From Schmidtea polychroa (taxonomy: Eukaryota): a DNA stretch of 64,000 nt. Each line of letters begins with the position of its first letter. Within the stretch, counting starts at the first letter, position 1. Positions 41,040 to 54,900 of the stretch are shown here, one piece after another. The stretch is from the NCBI GenBank assembly GCA_044892525.1, contig CM097885.1, positions 238,578,001-238,642,000 of the forward strand. The letters are read 5' to 3'. Below the pieces are notes generated by a model. That model made no database searches, was not told the DNA's origin, and saw nothing but the letters and a program-made list of their open reading frames with translations. The translations under genes were made by a program, and so were the position numbers.

Positions 41040-42055
41040 TGTTGAGGATACCTAAATAATAATTCATGAAGAAATAAATAAAATTACCTGGGGGAAGATC
41101 GCCATGACAAACGGGACGATCTATAGAGACTCAGAAAAGAAAAGGGAAGTGAAAAGAAATTAAAAATGAGAAAGGTAAAGAAAATAAAAGTTATCAAACA
41201 GGAAAATAAAAATCAAGGTCAGTACTAATTAATTAGTACAAAAAGGAAAAAGGAATTTTGAAATCAGGGAAAAAGGAAAACAACAATATCCTTATCTCGA
41301 CAGCTTTCGAGTGATAATAGAATTGATGGGAGAAGGCGGCCAAACAAGAAAGGAAAGAGGGAAAAACAACCTGACAGCTGTCAGAGATAAAAATGGGATA
41401 GTCGGGGAAAGCAGGAGAAGGAAAGTGGAAAAACACTTGATTATCTGGAGTGTCACAAGAGAAGCGAACTATATAAGGGAAAACTAGTGAACATGAAATT
41501 ACAACAAAGAGAGAAAAATTAGAGACAAGGTGACGCGAAATTGGAAACGCTTTGGAAGACGATTTGAAATACGATTTGAGAAACGATTTGAGGGATAAAA
41601 TTATTGGAGAAAATTAGACGTTGGACAAAACGTTGTTGGACAAACGATTGTCAAAAATAATTGTAAAGGAATTAATTGTGGAAAACAGTTATTTGAGAAG
41701 AGTTGAAGAAAGGAATTAATTGAATAATAAAACGAAAAGAAGTTATTGATTATTTGAATAAAGTTTGAACGAAAGTCAAAGAAAACAACCAGCTCAAAAT
41801 CCCAGTTTAGAAACCAATCAGTGATTGTGATCTTTTAATCCGGTGTTATACACAAGTGCTATTCCTCACCGAGTGTTGTAATAAGCATTGTATAGTCACC
41901 AAGTAGAGTGTTGAATTTATCGTCAGTGTCAAGTGAAAGTTTATTTGTGATTATCAATAAAGATTCCTGTTGTCAAGTGTTATTTGTGAATTATATAAAG
42001 ACGCACTTGGAGTCAGAGTAACATTACATTTTATCACCAACTCAATAACCAAACA
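41040..42055 (+). mobile_element. ~1.0-kb 3' LTR of a smaller Gypsy-like family with its polypurine tract; internal region lost
   Basis: PPT AAAAGGGGGAGA (41026-41037) just before TGTTGAGG; TATATAA at about 41470; ends GGAGTCAGAG...AACCAAACA like 58398-59457; flanks do not form a TSD. Confidence 0.65.
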
Positions 42056-43278
42056 CTACTAATTAAACAAGAAAAATAATGAAAAATTATAATTTTTTTT
42101 ATCAATTTGTCTAACTTCTTTAGAATTATCTTAGACAAACTGGCAACTTTACTAACTTGTCTCCTCATTTTATACCGTTCTCATAATAATATCCACTTTT
42201 CATTTAGATTGGTTTAGTATAGATTGGTTTAAACTTTAGCATCTTTATGTTATCATTTTTGTCTATCTCTCCCCGCGTTTGCTGTATTAAAAAATGCACT
42301 GTCAATTTTGTGATCTCGGGGCTTTTACATAACCCGTTTATCTCCGGGTAATTTTATCAATTTTTAATAAAAGTCGGGGTTTCCTTTTATTTTAGTATTT
42401 TCACATATTCCCCGAATGTGATTGGCTCTAATTTAATAATTTTGTTGACAACCTAAATTTCTCACACTGCTCAGATTTTCCGTTAGATATTTAATTTCTA
42501 ATTAATTTTAATTTTTAAATATTTCTTTCTGGGAAACCCCATTTCCATCGATTTGATTTTATTATATTTGGATTCGTCTGATCATTTTTCCACCGCCCAT
42601 ACCAGTTTCCGGTATTTATTTTAAATATTTATTCTTAATTTTTGATTTTTTTAATTAATATTTTTCACTTTAATTATTATTTTTTAATTACCACCTCAAT
42701 TTTACAATCACCCGAAGAGTCTTTCATAGAAACTTTGAGAATTTCAAAAAAAAGGCAATTTATTTTCACTAAATTTTTTCTCATTTTATTCAAGATTATA
42801 ATTGGATAAATAATTTATTAAAATAGAAAAAAAATTATTTATTAAATTTAAACGTATATTTTCAGTTTCCTAAAGTCTTTTTAATCAAATCTGATTGTGC
42901 ATCCAACGGCAAAAATTTAAAGAATTCTTCACAAACCGTGTCGAAATTTACTTTGATCATAAATTCAGCACTAACTAGTTCAACTTGCATTTGGGTTCTG
43001 TTTTTTAGTTCTGACTTCTTGCAAAAGGGGCAAAATACACAAAAATTAATCTCGTTAAATGTTCGAAGGACCTAAATGAATGTATAATTTCAAATGTCTG
43101 ATTTAAAATATTTTAAGTCACTTTTAATGAACACATATAAAAAACGGAGAAACTTTTTGACCTGACCGGAGATATGTTGAAAAACGGAGATCTCAGGATG
43201 AAACGGGAGAGGTAGTCATCCATGTGCTAGTATGTGTGCGTGCACTAATGCGGTAAAAACAAATTCGAATTCTTTTAA

Positions 43279-43522
43279 CCCTTAAATGCATGATTTTTCC
43301 TTTTTTAATACTATAAATTGACACAGAAAATGTTGCGGCAAGCTGTCAAATTTTGACAATTGTAAAAGTTAACTGCCATATTGTGACAGCTTGCGTTCAG
43401 AAACTAAGATAAATATTTTTAGCACCTAATAAAAGCAAAAAATACTGTGTTTGAGTTACCGTTTAGAAATTATTTAAGGACAAATACACTGATGTATAAA
43501 TACATCATCATGCATTTAAAGA
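43279..43522. mobile_element. piggyBac-like MITE (about 244 bp)
   Basis: TTAA on both sides; imperfect TIRs CCCTTAAATGCATGA / TCATGCATTTAAAGA. Confidence 0.7.
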
Positions 43523-44354
43523 TTAATTCTATTTCGTTTTTGAATTCAAAATTTATCAATTTTGATGATATGTATTATTATTTAATATTTATTTTATTTA
43601 ATTTTAATTAAATTCGCTGCATTGATGGATGTGGCCATTTTCTAGAATATTCTATGCTATTTTAATAGTTTTATTATATAATTTCTATTTCTTTTAATTC
43701 TTACTTTTGTGTTTCTTCATTTTGATGTTATATAGTCTCTCTTGTCGGGTTACTTGATGCAGATTTGTGTTTTTAATTTTTACTCTATTTAGGGCTATAT
43801 TGGCGTGTTATGTTTCACAAATCACATTTATGCTGGGTTAAAATCAGTTTTTACCCAACACTATGATGGACTTCAGGCTAGTCGATGTATTACTCGCTGC
43901 CCAGGACATAGTCACATGTAGCCCTTGATTCCATAATTTGGACCGGAAAGTTCTCCAATCTCATTTTTTGATTTTTAATTTCATTGGACCCGACTATCGA
44001 GCTTGTTTCTCTATAACTAAAGGTACTAATAACAATAAAAATAATATAATAATAAAAAATACATAGACATCCAATCAACGCATCACTCTACATTTATTAA
44101 TCTCATTACTCCAAACATCCCAGCCTCGTAGGTTTTCTATGGGGGCTTCTGGCCAATGAAATGAAGTATAGATAAGTTAATACCCAATGTGGAATTCAAG
44201 AATGCATATATGAAGTTTTTATGAATTGCAATTTGGTAAAAAGACAGACATTAAATAAACAATTATATAAGTGAAATTGATAATTTATCAATATTTATTG
44301 TTTTTAAATTTCCAAATGTTTTTATAAATTTAGTGGTAATTGTTGATTTTTGCA

Positions 44355-45599
44355 ATGGAATTTAGAAAACGCAGCGGAAACAATCTAACAAATAGTGATA
44401 TGAAGAAATGTCATCGCAATAATAATAATGAGGCTGCTGCCAGTAGTGGTGAAGAACGCACACCGGACGTTAAACTAAAACCGACAGAAGAAGAATATTC
44501 AATTCAAATGATAAAAAAATACCCTTTAGGATTTAACAAAACCGAAAAAGAATGCGAAGAAGAAGCAGAAGCTGAGGAAAACGATGGAAATATTGAAGCA
44601 TGCAGTAAAAGAAAAACACCTCGTAAAAAGAAAAAAGGAGCAGATGATAATGAAACAGAAAATCCTGACGAAGGAGGTCCGGAATCCATATATAATGTTT
44701 GGGTGCCAGATTGTTTGAGATCAAAGAAAGATTTTGTTGAATGCCAGCAAATCAATTTAAATGAAGTTGAATCGAAGCAAATATTTGAAAAGGTTTTTAA
44801 TGATAATGGATTTTTTAGCAGTGCTACAGATTATGATGACTTTTTGGAATGTGGGAAAGGTGCTAGTACGAGAATATTACAAGGAGTTGAAACAAAATTC
44901 AAAGTAGAAATAGATGTATCTGATTCATTTTATACTCTGACAGGAGCTAAGGTAAGAGCGTATAGTTTTCAAGGTTCCGATAGAAAAATGGTTTTCAGTG
45001 CATTTTCATTTTTCCGATGTTCATGGGGCCAAGAAATGGCCATTAACACCATAACAAATTATGATCAGTTATTCCAACCGGATAACTGGTATTATTCCGT
45101 TATTCATATTGATGAAATCAAGAAAAAAAAACGTCCAGTTCAAGACGACGAAGCGGTAAATGTTTCCAATAAAGCTTCTTTTAATAATAAATATGATCAA
45201 GAATTCTACAGTCAGAAAGACTGTAATACGGAAGAAAATCTTAATCAAAATAGATTGAACACAAATTCAGAAGTTGACTCAATTGACAACATCAACAATG
45301 AAAACAAATATTCGAAAATTTGCAGAAAAAATGACCACATTTTTAAATTGTGCTTCAAATATTTAAAAGCTCCGAAAAATAAATTACAGAAATTGTTATT
45401 TACGTCGATAAAAAACGAAACGGAATCCATCAGCTACACCGTGTCCAATATGGCCAAACTGGTCAATGAAAACAATAATAAAAAGGAATCTTTATCAGTG
45501 CCAGTGAAGGAAAATCTAATTTTAGAAGGAAATTACAAATTTGTAAATTATTTATTAGATTCACATGAAAAGCCGATTCCAATTTGGATTAAATTTTGA
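44355..45599 (+). CDS. Orphan host ORF (about 414 aa), acidic/basic disordered N-terminus, possible degenerate KH-like domain
   Basis: Long ORF in AT-rich DNA; CGKGASTRILQGVETKFKVEIDVS...RAYSFQG loosely resembles a KH fold. Confidence 0.55.
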   Translation: MEFRKRSGNNLTNSDMKKCHRNNNNEAAASSGEERTPDVKLKPTEEEYSIQMIKKYPLGFNKTEKECEEEAEAEENDGNIEACSKRKTPRKKKKGADDNETENPDEGGPESIYNVWVPDCLRSKKDFVECQQINLNEVESKQIFEKVFNDNGFFSSATDYDDFLECGKGASTRILQGVETKFKVEIDVSDSFYTLTGAKVRAYSFQGSDRKMVFSAFSFFRCSWGQEMAINTITNYDQLFQPDNWYYSVIHIDEIKKKKRPVQDDEAVNVSNKASFNNKYDQEFYSQKDCNTEENLNQNRLNTNSEVDSIDNINNENKYSKICRKNDHIFKLCFKYLKAPKNKLQKLLFTSIKNETESISYTVSNMAKLVNENNNKKESLSVPVKENLILEGNYKFVNYLLDSHEKPIPIWIKF

Positions 45600-47959
45600 T
45601 TCTCGTATCAAATGATAGAAATAATACATTTATAAGAAACTGGACTTTTAAATAAACTTTATTTTGTTTTTTCATTTTATTTAATAAATTTTGCTTTTTA
45701 TTTTATTATTACTAAAATTATTTTTTTTAATTGATTTTGATACATTTTTTGATGATTTGTTATAACAGATGATAAAATCAAGGCAGAAAATTTGTGTTGA
45801 GTATAATAAAAAAATATTTGATCTTTTGTAAAATTGAAATTTTAATTAATGACAATTTAATCTTATGAAAACAGCCTTTTACCATTTATATTTATTATCA
45901 ACGAAGCTCTTCGTCATAACTACTAACCTTCTCATTACATTCAAACTTTATTAACAATCGATTCAATTTTTTATCCATTCTTACAAATTTTTTCGAAATA
46001 CTGATATATGTTTTGCTAATCATTTACCTTTTCTGGATTTGATCTTCGGAATATGTATAGATTCCTTGCATGTCGCATTTGACCATGGGATAATGATCAC
46101 ATTGAATTTGCTTTACTTTCTAAGTACTTTGAATGTTTGTAGATTTATCAAATTCAAACCTGCCTCAAAATTTTGGAGATGAGCTGCTGGATCTAGGAAG
46201 CAAATTAATTTTAACGGGTGTTTCAGTAATAATTGTAAGACTTTGATTTTGGACTTTTTTAAAATTTTTTTAATCCTCCTGATTTCCTTAGTTAGTTCAT
46301 TTCTTCGTCTTCATTGATTTTTCTCAAGAAATAAACATGCAATTGTTTCACTAATTCTATTTTTTCAGGTTTCGCTTTCAATATCTTTTCCACTCAAGTA
46401 GCTCATTTGGTTTATCCATACTAAATTATTTATCATGCACACATTTTTGTAATTCTAAGAAAATAATTTGCATTTAATTCTATGAATTTTCATTTTGTCA
46501 TTTATTTAATTCGGAAATAATTAAATTTATTTATTTTTAATCTTTATATTCATCTCAATAACATTAAATGCGCATTTTCATCACTTTGTGACATTAGGTG
46601 TTATCGCGCATTGCTTTAGTTGCTTCAAACAACTAAATTTGACTAACCTTTTTATAGTTCATTAGTCCGACAATACGTTAAACGATTCAAATAGCAATAG
46701 GTAGTCGAGTGAGCCATATCTAACCCGTGGATGCAGTGTAAATGAATCAACTGCCATTTCAAAAAGAGTTACAAGTTCTGCATCGATTGTTAATTTGTAA
46801 AAATTGCAGATTTAGCTAATAATCAACACGCCTTTGTGAAATTTCTTATACTCAATCATTATTTAAACAATTGGTTATCAATTCTAAATATTCCCAACAA
46901 AGCCTCTGAAATATAAATATGAATTCCAAAGTTAGAAAATATGCGGGAAAAAGTCACCATGTCTTCAAATATCTAGAACAAATGATAGAAATTTAAATTT
47001 ATAAAAAAACTTCATTTTGTTTCGTCATTTTATTTAATAAATTCTACGTTTTATTTTATAACAATTTAATCAAATGAAATAAGCCTATTTCCTTTTATAT
47101 TTATCATGAACGAAGCTGCTTGTCATTGCTAAATCTTTAACGTCTTCCTACAAAAAAGGATAAAATTTGATTGTAAAAAGAAAAACTTACACAAAACATT
47201 TCATAAATTTTATTACTTGATTTCGTTAATTGTCGGTTGGGTGGCTTTATTTCCAAGGAGCTAAATGATCTGCTAACCCGATGGTCAAGATTAGTTCTAG
47301 CTTTCTATTGAGTTAATTAATTAATCAATTAAATTATTGAATTAATAAATCTTACTGAAATTAATGGCTGTACATTTTGCTAAAAATATTTCAATTATTA
47401 TATTATAAAATTAATAAAAAATCAAAATATTCTTGCTAGGACGTTTGTATCTTTCAACGACACATTTTAAATAAATTATTCATTTTATTTATGAAAGAAT
47501 ATTAAACGAATTAAAAATTCAATTTAATATATTGCTTATAATTTATAAGTAATATTTATTTTATTAGCTATAAAACCGAAAATCGTTGAGTTTGCTTATC
47601 TGAAATAGGAAAATTCCTATCAAACCTTCTAAGTCATTGTTACTTTCCCTGGTTATGAGTTAATTAATGTATTGAGGCGATTGGATACCACATAAATGAA
47701 CAGTATCAAATGAATATATAAAACATTTGTTATTAGACTTTTTATTTATGAAAAATGAGCGAATAGTTCAAATGATAAATTATTGCTTATAATAAATCCC
47801 CACTTTGTGACCCGGTGGATTTAGAAACCGATTTTAAATGTTAGTTAAAAGCGTTATTTAGATATTTAATTCATTCTTATTGGTCGAAACCAGAAAATCG
47901 ATTTTCAAATGGGGATCAAATAAATATTTAATACAATGATTAAAATATAAATAACGAAC

Positions 47960-49817
47960 CCTTTTCGGTAATTTCGATGGAATCATTTGAATTTCCTAGC
48001 AAAAAATTCAAATTCATTGAAACAATTTAAATTATGATCTCACTGGTTTTTTGAATGTCGATTTGACGAGCTTATTAGAGGAATTGTTGCCCTGGCTCGT
48101 TTGCAACAGTTTCTAAATTGAATTGAATATAAACTCCCGATAACAAACATTCCCCCAATTAACCTTTGCACTACTCGATGATGTATTCAGCACAACTCCC
48201 TTGATAGACCGCTCCTTCCTATCGTTTTCTTTCTCTCCATCAACACGACTCCACATGTAACCGATATAATCCAACAGCGACATTTCCTTTATTCTCATTT
48301 CACTCGTATCGATGATATTTCTCTCATCAATCGTTACGATTATCTTTTTGATTCTCGTTTCGATTTTCGACAATTCTTTTCTAACGGAATTTTTCTCCTT
48401 TTCCACTTTTAACAGAATTCCGCCTCGGTTTTTCAAAATGATCGGATCTTTCAGATTGACCTGGAACCGAAATGGAGAAATATCAATAAATACCAATGGA
48501 AAACATCAACACCAAACATTTATCTCAATTAATCGATTGAATAATTTCTCTAAAGCTCCCATTTCCTGCCGAAGCGCTTCGAGTTCCGATTCATTTGCGG
48601 TGAGATTTTCCAGCTAAATTCGGAATTGTCAAACAAACTAATCCATCATTTCAATAACTTCTATTTCCAATCTCTCATACAATGAATCCGACAGTTCCGA
48701 TGAGTTGAGAATCTCTCGATATTTCTCACTGGATTCCAGATGGGAGAAGAAATTATTTCTCAGTTTTGCCCGGATTAGATTCCGATAATTACCGATAAAT
48801 TCACCGAGTTTCTCACGCCGATAAGTTTCTAATTGTTCAACATTTTCCTTTAGCTTTAAATTATTATTATTATTATTATGATTATTATGATTATATCAAC
48901 CTTGATCAACACTTCATGGCTGTTGGTTTCACAATTTAAATTGAGATAATTGGGCAATGAATTCATATCAACGGACGGGAACAATATCTTATACAATTTG
49001 ACATAATGATTCCTTAATTTGAAACATTCATTTCTGTTGTTGTCCCTGTCAGCGGTTAATCGTGTGATAATATTCTCGCATTGTTTGAGGAAATCATCAG
49101 ACAAAGGAACTGTCGACACGTCATCGTCATTGAAAATACTTTCAATCATTGCATCATTCGGACAGCCATTATATAACTCATTACACAATTTTACAATTGA
49201 CTCTCTCTTCTTAATGAAATCATGCTTCCGATATGTCTAATTAGGTTATATATGTATTTTTTTTATTTATTTAGTTACTTGGAGCTTTTCCAATTCAGCA
49301 ATTTTGATTTCGAAAGTAGTTAATTGTTGAATTGTAGGTATTGATTTATTATTTACATTTTCCTTATATTCAAATAAACGGCTACATAATTGGTCTTCGA
49401 TTTTTAATAATGAATGCAATTTGTCTAATCTTGATTTTTTAATTAACTTTAGTTCATTTTGTTTTTCTAGTAAAAAACGCTCCTGGGCTAGAATAGATAG
49501 TTTCGAATCTAAATTTAGACTTGAATCTATTTGAAGAGCATTCGACAGTTCAAATACTCCTTTCTAATGTTAGCTATTAAATACAATCAATGAAATTTAC
49601 TCACAGTAAGACTTTTAATTGAATCTACAACTTCTTGCTTATGGCGTCGCTCTTCTTTTAGCATTTCATCTAATAAATTATTAACATGAAGCTGTATATT
49701 TTGAACTCGAGATGTAAATTTTTCATTTGGAATTCCAATTTCTACCCAAATATTGAAAATATCGAAAATTTTGTTGTGAAAGTGTTCAGATAATTCATCA
49801 ATCCATTTTTCATCCAT
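47960..49817 (-). CDS. PRC1: PRC1/MAP65/Ase1 microtubule-bundling protein; exons 49817-49605, 49563-49279, 49236-48901, 48853-48659, 48613-48518, 48460-48149, 48112-48044, 47995-47960; 3' end not resolved
   Basis: N-terminal IWVEIGIP...HVNNLLDEMLKEE and the hallmark DP..LKNRGGILLKVEKE; GT-AG introns of about 36-57 nt keep the frame. Confidence 0.85.
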
Positions 49818-50969
49818 CTAATAATAATTTGAAAAGTTATAATTAAAATTTGGTTTATTGTATATTTTACTGTAAAACTAATTAATATTTGATAAAACTT
49901 ATATTTCTTTATAAAATGTAAAATAGAATGTTTATTATATTATAGAAAATATAAACAAAATGTTTTTATTTTACAGTTTTTCTAAACCATGTGGATATAT
50001 AAAAATTTTTCACTCTTTCCCATTTTTTATTTTGTAAATTTTAACTGTAATAAAAATTTCAAATTAATCATTTGACGAAAGTAACTTTCAAATTTTTTTA
50101 CAGAATTCATGTTGTGTACAAAATTTAAAATATTTTAATTGAGAAACACGTGACAGTAGATACGATGTAATTTTATTGGGAAATTATGTTGTCCTGATTC
50201 CAATATTATGTTTAATAAACCCCCATATTTAGTGTTTGATTAATTAATATCGAGTGCCTGAGTTTGCAGATAATCGGAGTTCTGGTCATGGACTTACATT
50301 CTTATCCTTGACTACTAGTGTAGATCATAATAATTTTTCGTTATCATTAGCATGCAACTATCTACAACAGCCGCAAACCTCAATCGAAACACAAGCGACA
50401 AGATTGCACTTGTCACAGGTGGTGTGAAGTCTGGCTAGAATCCGAAAACAAAGTTGAAAATCCCTTGGACCTGCTAAGTTCATTGATTCCTGGATAGAGA
50501 TATATTTTCTCAACTCTCTGGGTGTCCTATCAAAACTTTTCTGCATACGCATTTATAAGCTGAAAACCTAACTCTATCCAAAAAGAACAATTTTAACAAT
50601 ATTAAATCTGAGGAAACTTAGTCAAAATTATTTTTCTATGAAAATCAAGAAGTCTTTAAAGAAGTCTTTAATATTAAAATAAAAAAACCTATCCAATGTA
50701 AAAGAGACAGGTTGTTTTAAATGAAATAAAAACTTATTTTTTATGTACAATGTTTTGTTATATCTTAGACTGTGGATTCGAGTGTATCTGTTCTTTGTAG
50801 GTCATAGGGTTGAAATATTGAAGGTTGGAGAAAATTAAAAGACTTCATACCGAGCTACAAAACTTAAAATATAAGCATAATTATGTTTATTGGAAGTCAC
50901 AAATTGTAAATTAAAAACTCCACACTTGGATAGTTAGTCTTGAAATAGATTATCTATGAAACCGGAAAC

Positions 50970-51990
50970 TAGGAAAATATTCTCAAGCTTTATTTTAGAC
51001 GGGATACTTTCATTTAAGTCAGCGGAATTTATCCTTTCTAGTTTCTTGCGAACGTATTGGAGAAATACCTACAGGATCGTAGAAATACTTAGTAAGTACA
51101 AGTCTCTAAAAAGAAATAGGCGTCTTCAAGTTTATTTCTATTCTTATTTATTCAAAATGAATTAATTAAAATTTGTGGATACTTCAATCAAAACAAAATT
51201 CTTGAAAATATTCAAAATTTTATATGCTTTCTATAATCATTAATTCAACTCAAGATTGTTACATAAAGAACAGAGGAGTCCTCTGATTCAGTATTTAAAA
51301 ATATTTGATGTTTCGATGTTTTTAATAGGAGAAATATTCATCATATTTGACTCCTTTACCAAAAAGAAATGATTTGAAATCGTTTAACGAATTCTAGAAC
51401 TCCTAAAACAATTTAAACTTGATATTAAGTTTTGTATTGGACAATCATATGATAGCAGTGTCAATACCGCATGTCAATATAATGTTTTACAAACTGTTTT
51501 ACCCAAACATAAGCTTAACTGTATTTTTTTAAGTTGTAGAAACCATAAATTAAACTAAGTAAGAGTCGATACTTTCGAAAATGTAATGAAGCGATGTCAT
51601 ACTTCGAAATGCAGCTTTAGATGTGGAAGTGAACATCTTGACTAACCTTATTCTACAAATCAACAAACATAGAGAAGATTGAGATTAAACTACTTTCAAG
51701 ACAAGAGGCATATCAGACGGTTACAAAATTTCTGAAGAGTTTCGTTAAGTAACGTTAAAATTCAATTCGACTCCGACAAACACTATAAAATTGAGGTTTT
51801 CTACCATATCATTGATTCTGTAGTATTAGAATTGTCAAAGCGGTTTGATTCATTGCATGAAATTTATAATTTATTTAAAATTATTTGAAGATTTGAAAAT
51901 TTACATGAAAAACATATAAAATACTCAGCGAATAAATTATAAGAAAAGTTCTCGAAGGAAATTTATATTGAAATAATAGACGAATTAATA
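50970..51990 (+). pseudogene. Decayed hAT-superfamily transposase
   Basis: Fragments DIKFCIGQSYDSSVNTACQYNVLQ (about 51421), SCRNHKLN* and YKIEVFYHIIDSVVLELSKRF (about 51784), with stops and frameshifts. Confidence 0.75.
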
Positions 51991-54900
51991 TTTTTAGTAA
52001 TAATAGATAGTAACGTGTTAGTAATACTTATAATATTATTACTAATAATAATATTTATAAGATAGATGATAAATAGATATTACACAATTAATTAAACTAA
52101 CCAAATTGCGTAATAATATATCGAAATTGTAGTTTCAAGATCAAAGGTTATTTAAAATGTTTGATTGTTGTGTTTGAATGTTAGTATGTAAATGTATTTG
52201 AGGGTATTCTGTATCTATAATTAGTAATCCAATAATCTCCCTTTTAGATTTTATAATATCGTGTTGGAGATTTGTCTTATGAATAAATTTTATACATCTA
52301 TGAGTCAATGACAACCACGCCAGGCCTTTAAGGTTTTATCAAATCACTAAATCAGTTGGTCCCAAACGGAGATTTGGAATTATTTATTCTTGAGCTAAAA
52401 GAATTCTTTGAAATAACTCAACAGCTTGCGGAATTTCAAAAAATGTTAAAAAAAACTCTTGACGATGGAATTGATTCCAAAATATGAAAAGATCCAGTTA
52501 GCCTATACTGATTAGGAAAGTTGTCGTCGTAAAGCATTTGAAGAATGTCTGCATTTGGCCAGAATTTGACAGTCACAACACGTCCTCCAGATCAGCTTGC
52601 ATACCTTCAAATAACTTCATCACTAGAAGTAAATATAAATGTTTTTCAATATCACGTATATACATGTCCTTATCGATTATACTTGCGATTTTATTTCATT
52701 AAGTTAAAAACAATTAATTTTGCAGACGGGCGAACTGGGACTTGTAGATTGGATGAAGAGCAACCGACACAAGCGGGCGGAGGGAGGTGATCTGGCTGAA
52801 GGTAATGTGCTGGGATGACGGTGTTTGCTATTACCACTTTGTAGCCCAATACCTGCATGGCCAGTTCTTTGGCAGTATAAACCTAGTACAGCGCCTGCGA
52901 TTACTCCTGTACCAGGGCTTTTTGCGCTCGATTTTCAGTGATGAGACTGCCTCGGTAGTGCTCAACCCTATGGAGTTGCTGGATTTTCCTCTTCATTAGA
53001 TGGACGAGAACCAGGTGCCCTCCAGACGGTCTATCTTGGCTCGGACGAGTCGATTTTTCTTTAGAAAGAGCACTATTTGAGAGTTTTTGTCGGCGCAATC
53101 AAAACAAGGCTTCAACTTCTTGGTAGGATTCGATATTGTTTCTACAGGTTATTAAATAAGAGAAAATTAAACAAAAGACCTTATGTACTATGTGTTGTAA
53201 ATTTATCGGACCTTTGATTCGTCCGTCTGTACAAAATGTCAATACGGTGCGCTCTTAAGGAATAATATAGGTCGCTGATTATGACCATTCGTAGCTACGC
53301 TCAACGGATATCTCATATTAAGTGACAATCGGAAATGGTGTGTATAATCGTAATTAAAAGTTATTTTAATAACTTTCATGTGTGTAAAAAATAAACGTTT
53401 TAAAATATTGTCATTATCTTATTGATTAATATCATACAAGCTATCCGGGAATGATAAAAGACATATTAGGTGTAATAGAATGTTTTGATGGCGAGCATAT
53501 CAAAATCAACGAATAGTTCGATAAGTTTGCAAGCTTCACAAGTTCAATGGAAAAAAAAAGAAATTTTACCTGCCGTCATGAAAGGGTTATGGTATTGGTC
53601 GCAAGGGTATTGGTCATACTTAACCCTCACCTATCCATTAACTAGATTCTAACAACTAGTTAAAAACTAGATACCAACAATGTACTCTCACTAGCTAACA
53701 ACAACAAGCAACCAACCAGATACCAAGTACTTACATCAAGATACTACTTACCAAGCACTATCAACCAAATACTTACAACTAAATACCAAGTACTAACAAC
53801 CAACCAGCAACACATAAAATATTAACAATTAAATACAAAATATTCTTCAACACATACATCTACAACTAAACTCAATCAACCAAATACTAACAAATAGATC
53901 TTTAAAGGAAAATCCCTTTCACTTGGAAAATTAGATGAAAAATTAATAAAATTTCAACTGAACTCGAGATTTTTCAACAACTAGGTAAAAATTGATTAAA
54001 TCATTGTGAAAATAACATGTAAAAATTATTCAAAACATACTAAATAAATATCACAAAAATGTAATTAATGGATAAGAAAGAACTTTAAATTCTATTCATT
54101 AATAATCCAGTAAATATTTATCTTAAATACTGATCATTCAAGTTTATAATGAATTATCCAAGATAATAAATTATTAAGAATTTTGAAATAAGATCTAGTA
54201 GATAATTGGTTTAGATTGAATAAATTAATTTTAATCATTTTTTAAAAGTAATACATGTATACTCAAATTGATTCATTAAATACTGATTGATCAAATTATT
54301 CAGAAAATCCAGTATAAATTCATTACAAATTATCAAAGTCGTCAATCTACACTAAAATAATTATCATTAAATTCTAAAGGAGACTAGTATTTTTTCGATA
54401 AATACTCGTGAAAAATATTATTGGTCTCCTCATATTATTGGTCCCTCATATTATTGGTCCCTCATAATATTAGACTAATAAGATTACTTAAAAAACCTTT
54501 TAAATGACTATAATTCTACCTTTGATTCCTATTATCACAAATATTTCCTAAATATCTAAAATTAATTTGGTCATGTTGGGCTAGAACTGATTTCTAGACC
54601 CAAAACTGTATTTTGTGACTAAGGTGTGTTGGTACATAGCACGCATAACTAGCAATAAGTTTAATGAAATATAAAGATTAAAAAAACATCAAATAAACAA
54701 TATTAACAAAGAGCAAAACAACAAAAATATAAACACTGAAATTAAATAAAATGATACAAATGCAAGAAGTATTACAAGAAAACTGACTCAAACATAACAG
54801 AGAAACATAAAAAAATACAAAAACAGACTCGAATGACATAGAAAGATAGCAAAAATACTCGTTATCACTAGAAAAATTTACGCTGCAACGGGTAAGAGCA

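Noticed and set aside
52545..53098. Short ORFs in a moderately GC-rich patch
   Set aside because: No recognisable domain or consistent exon structure; probably a decayed repeat.
53468..53510. Harbinger-like nuclease snippet GVIECFDGEHIKI
   Set aside because: Too short and isolated to call a feature.
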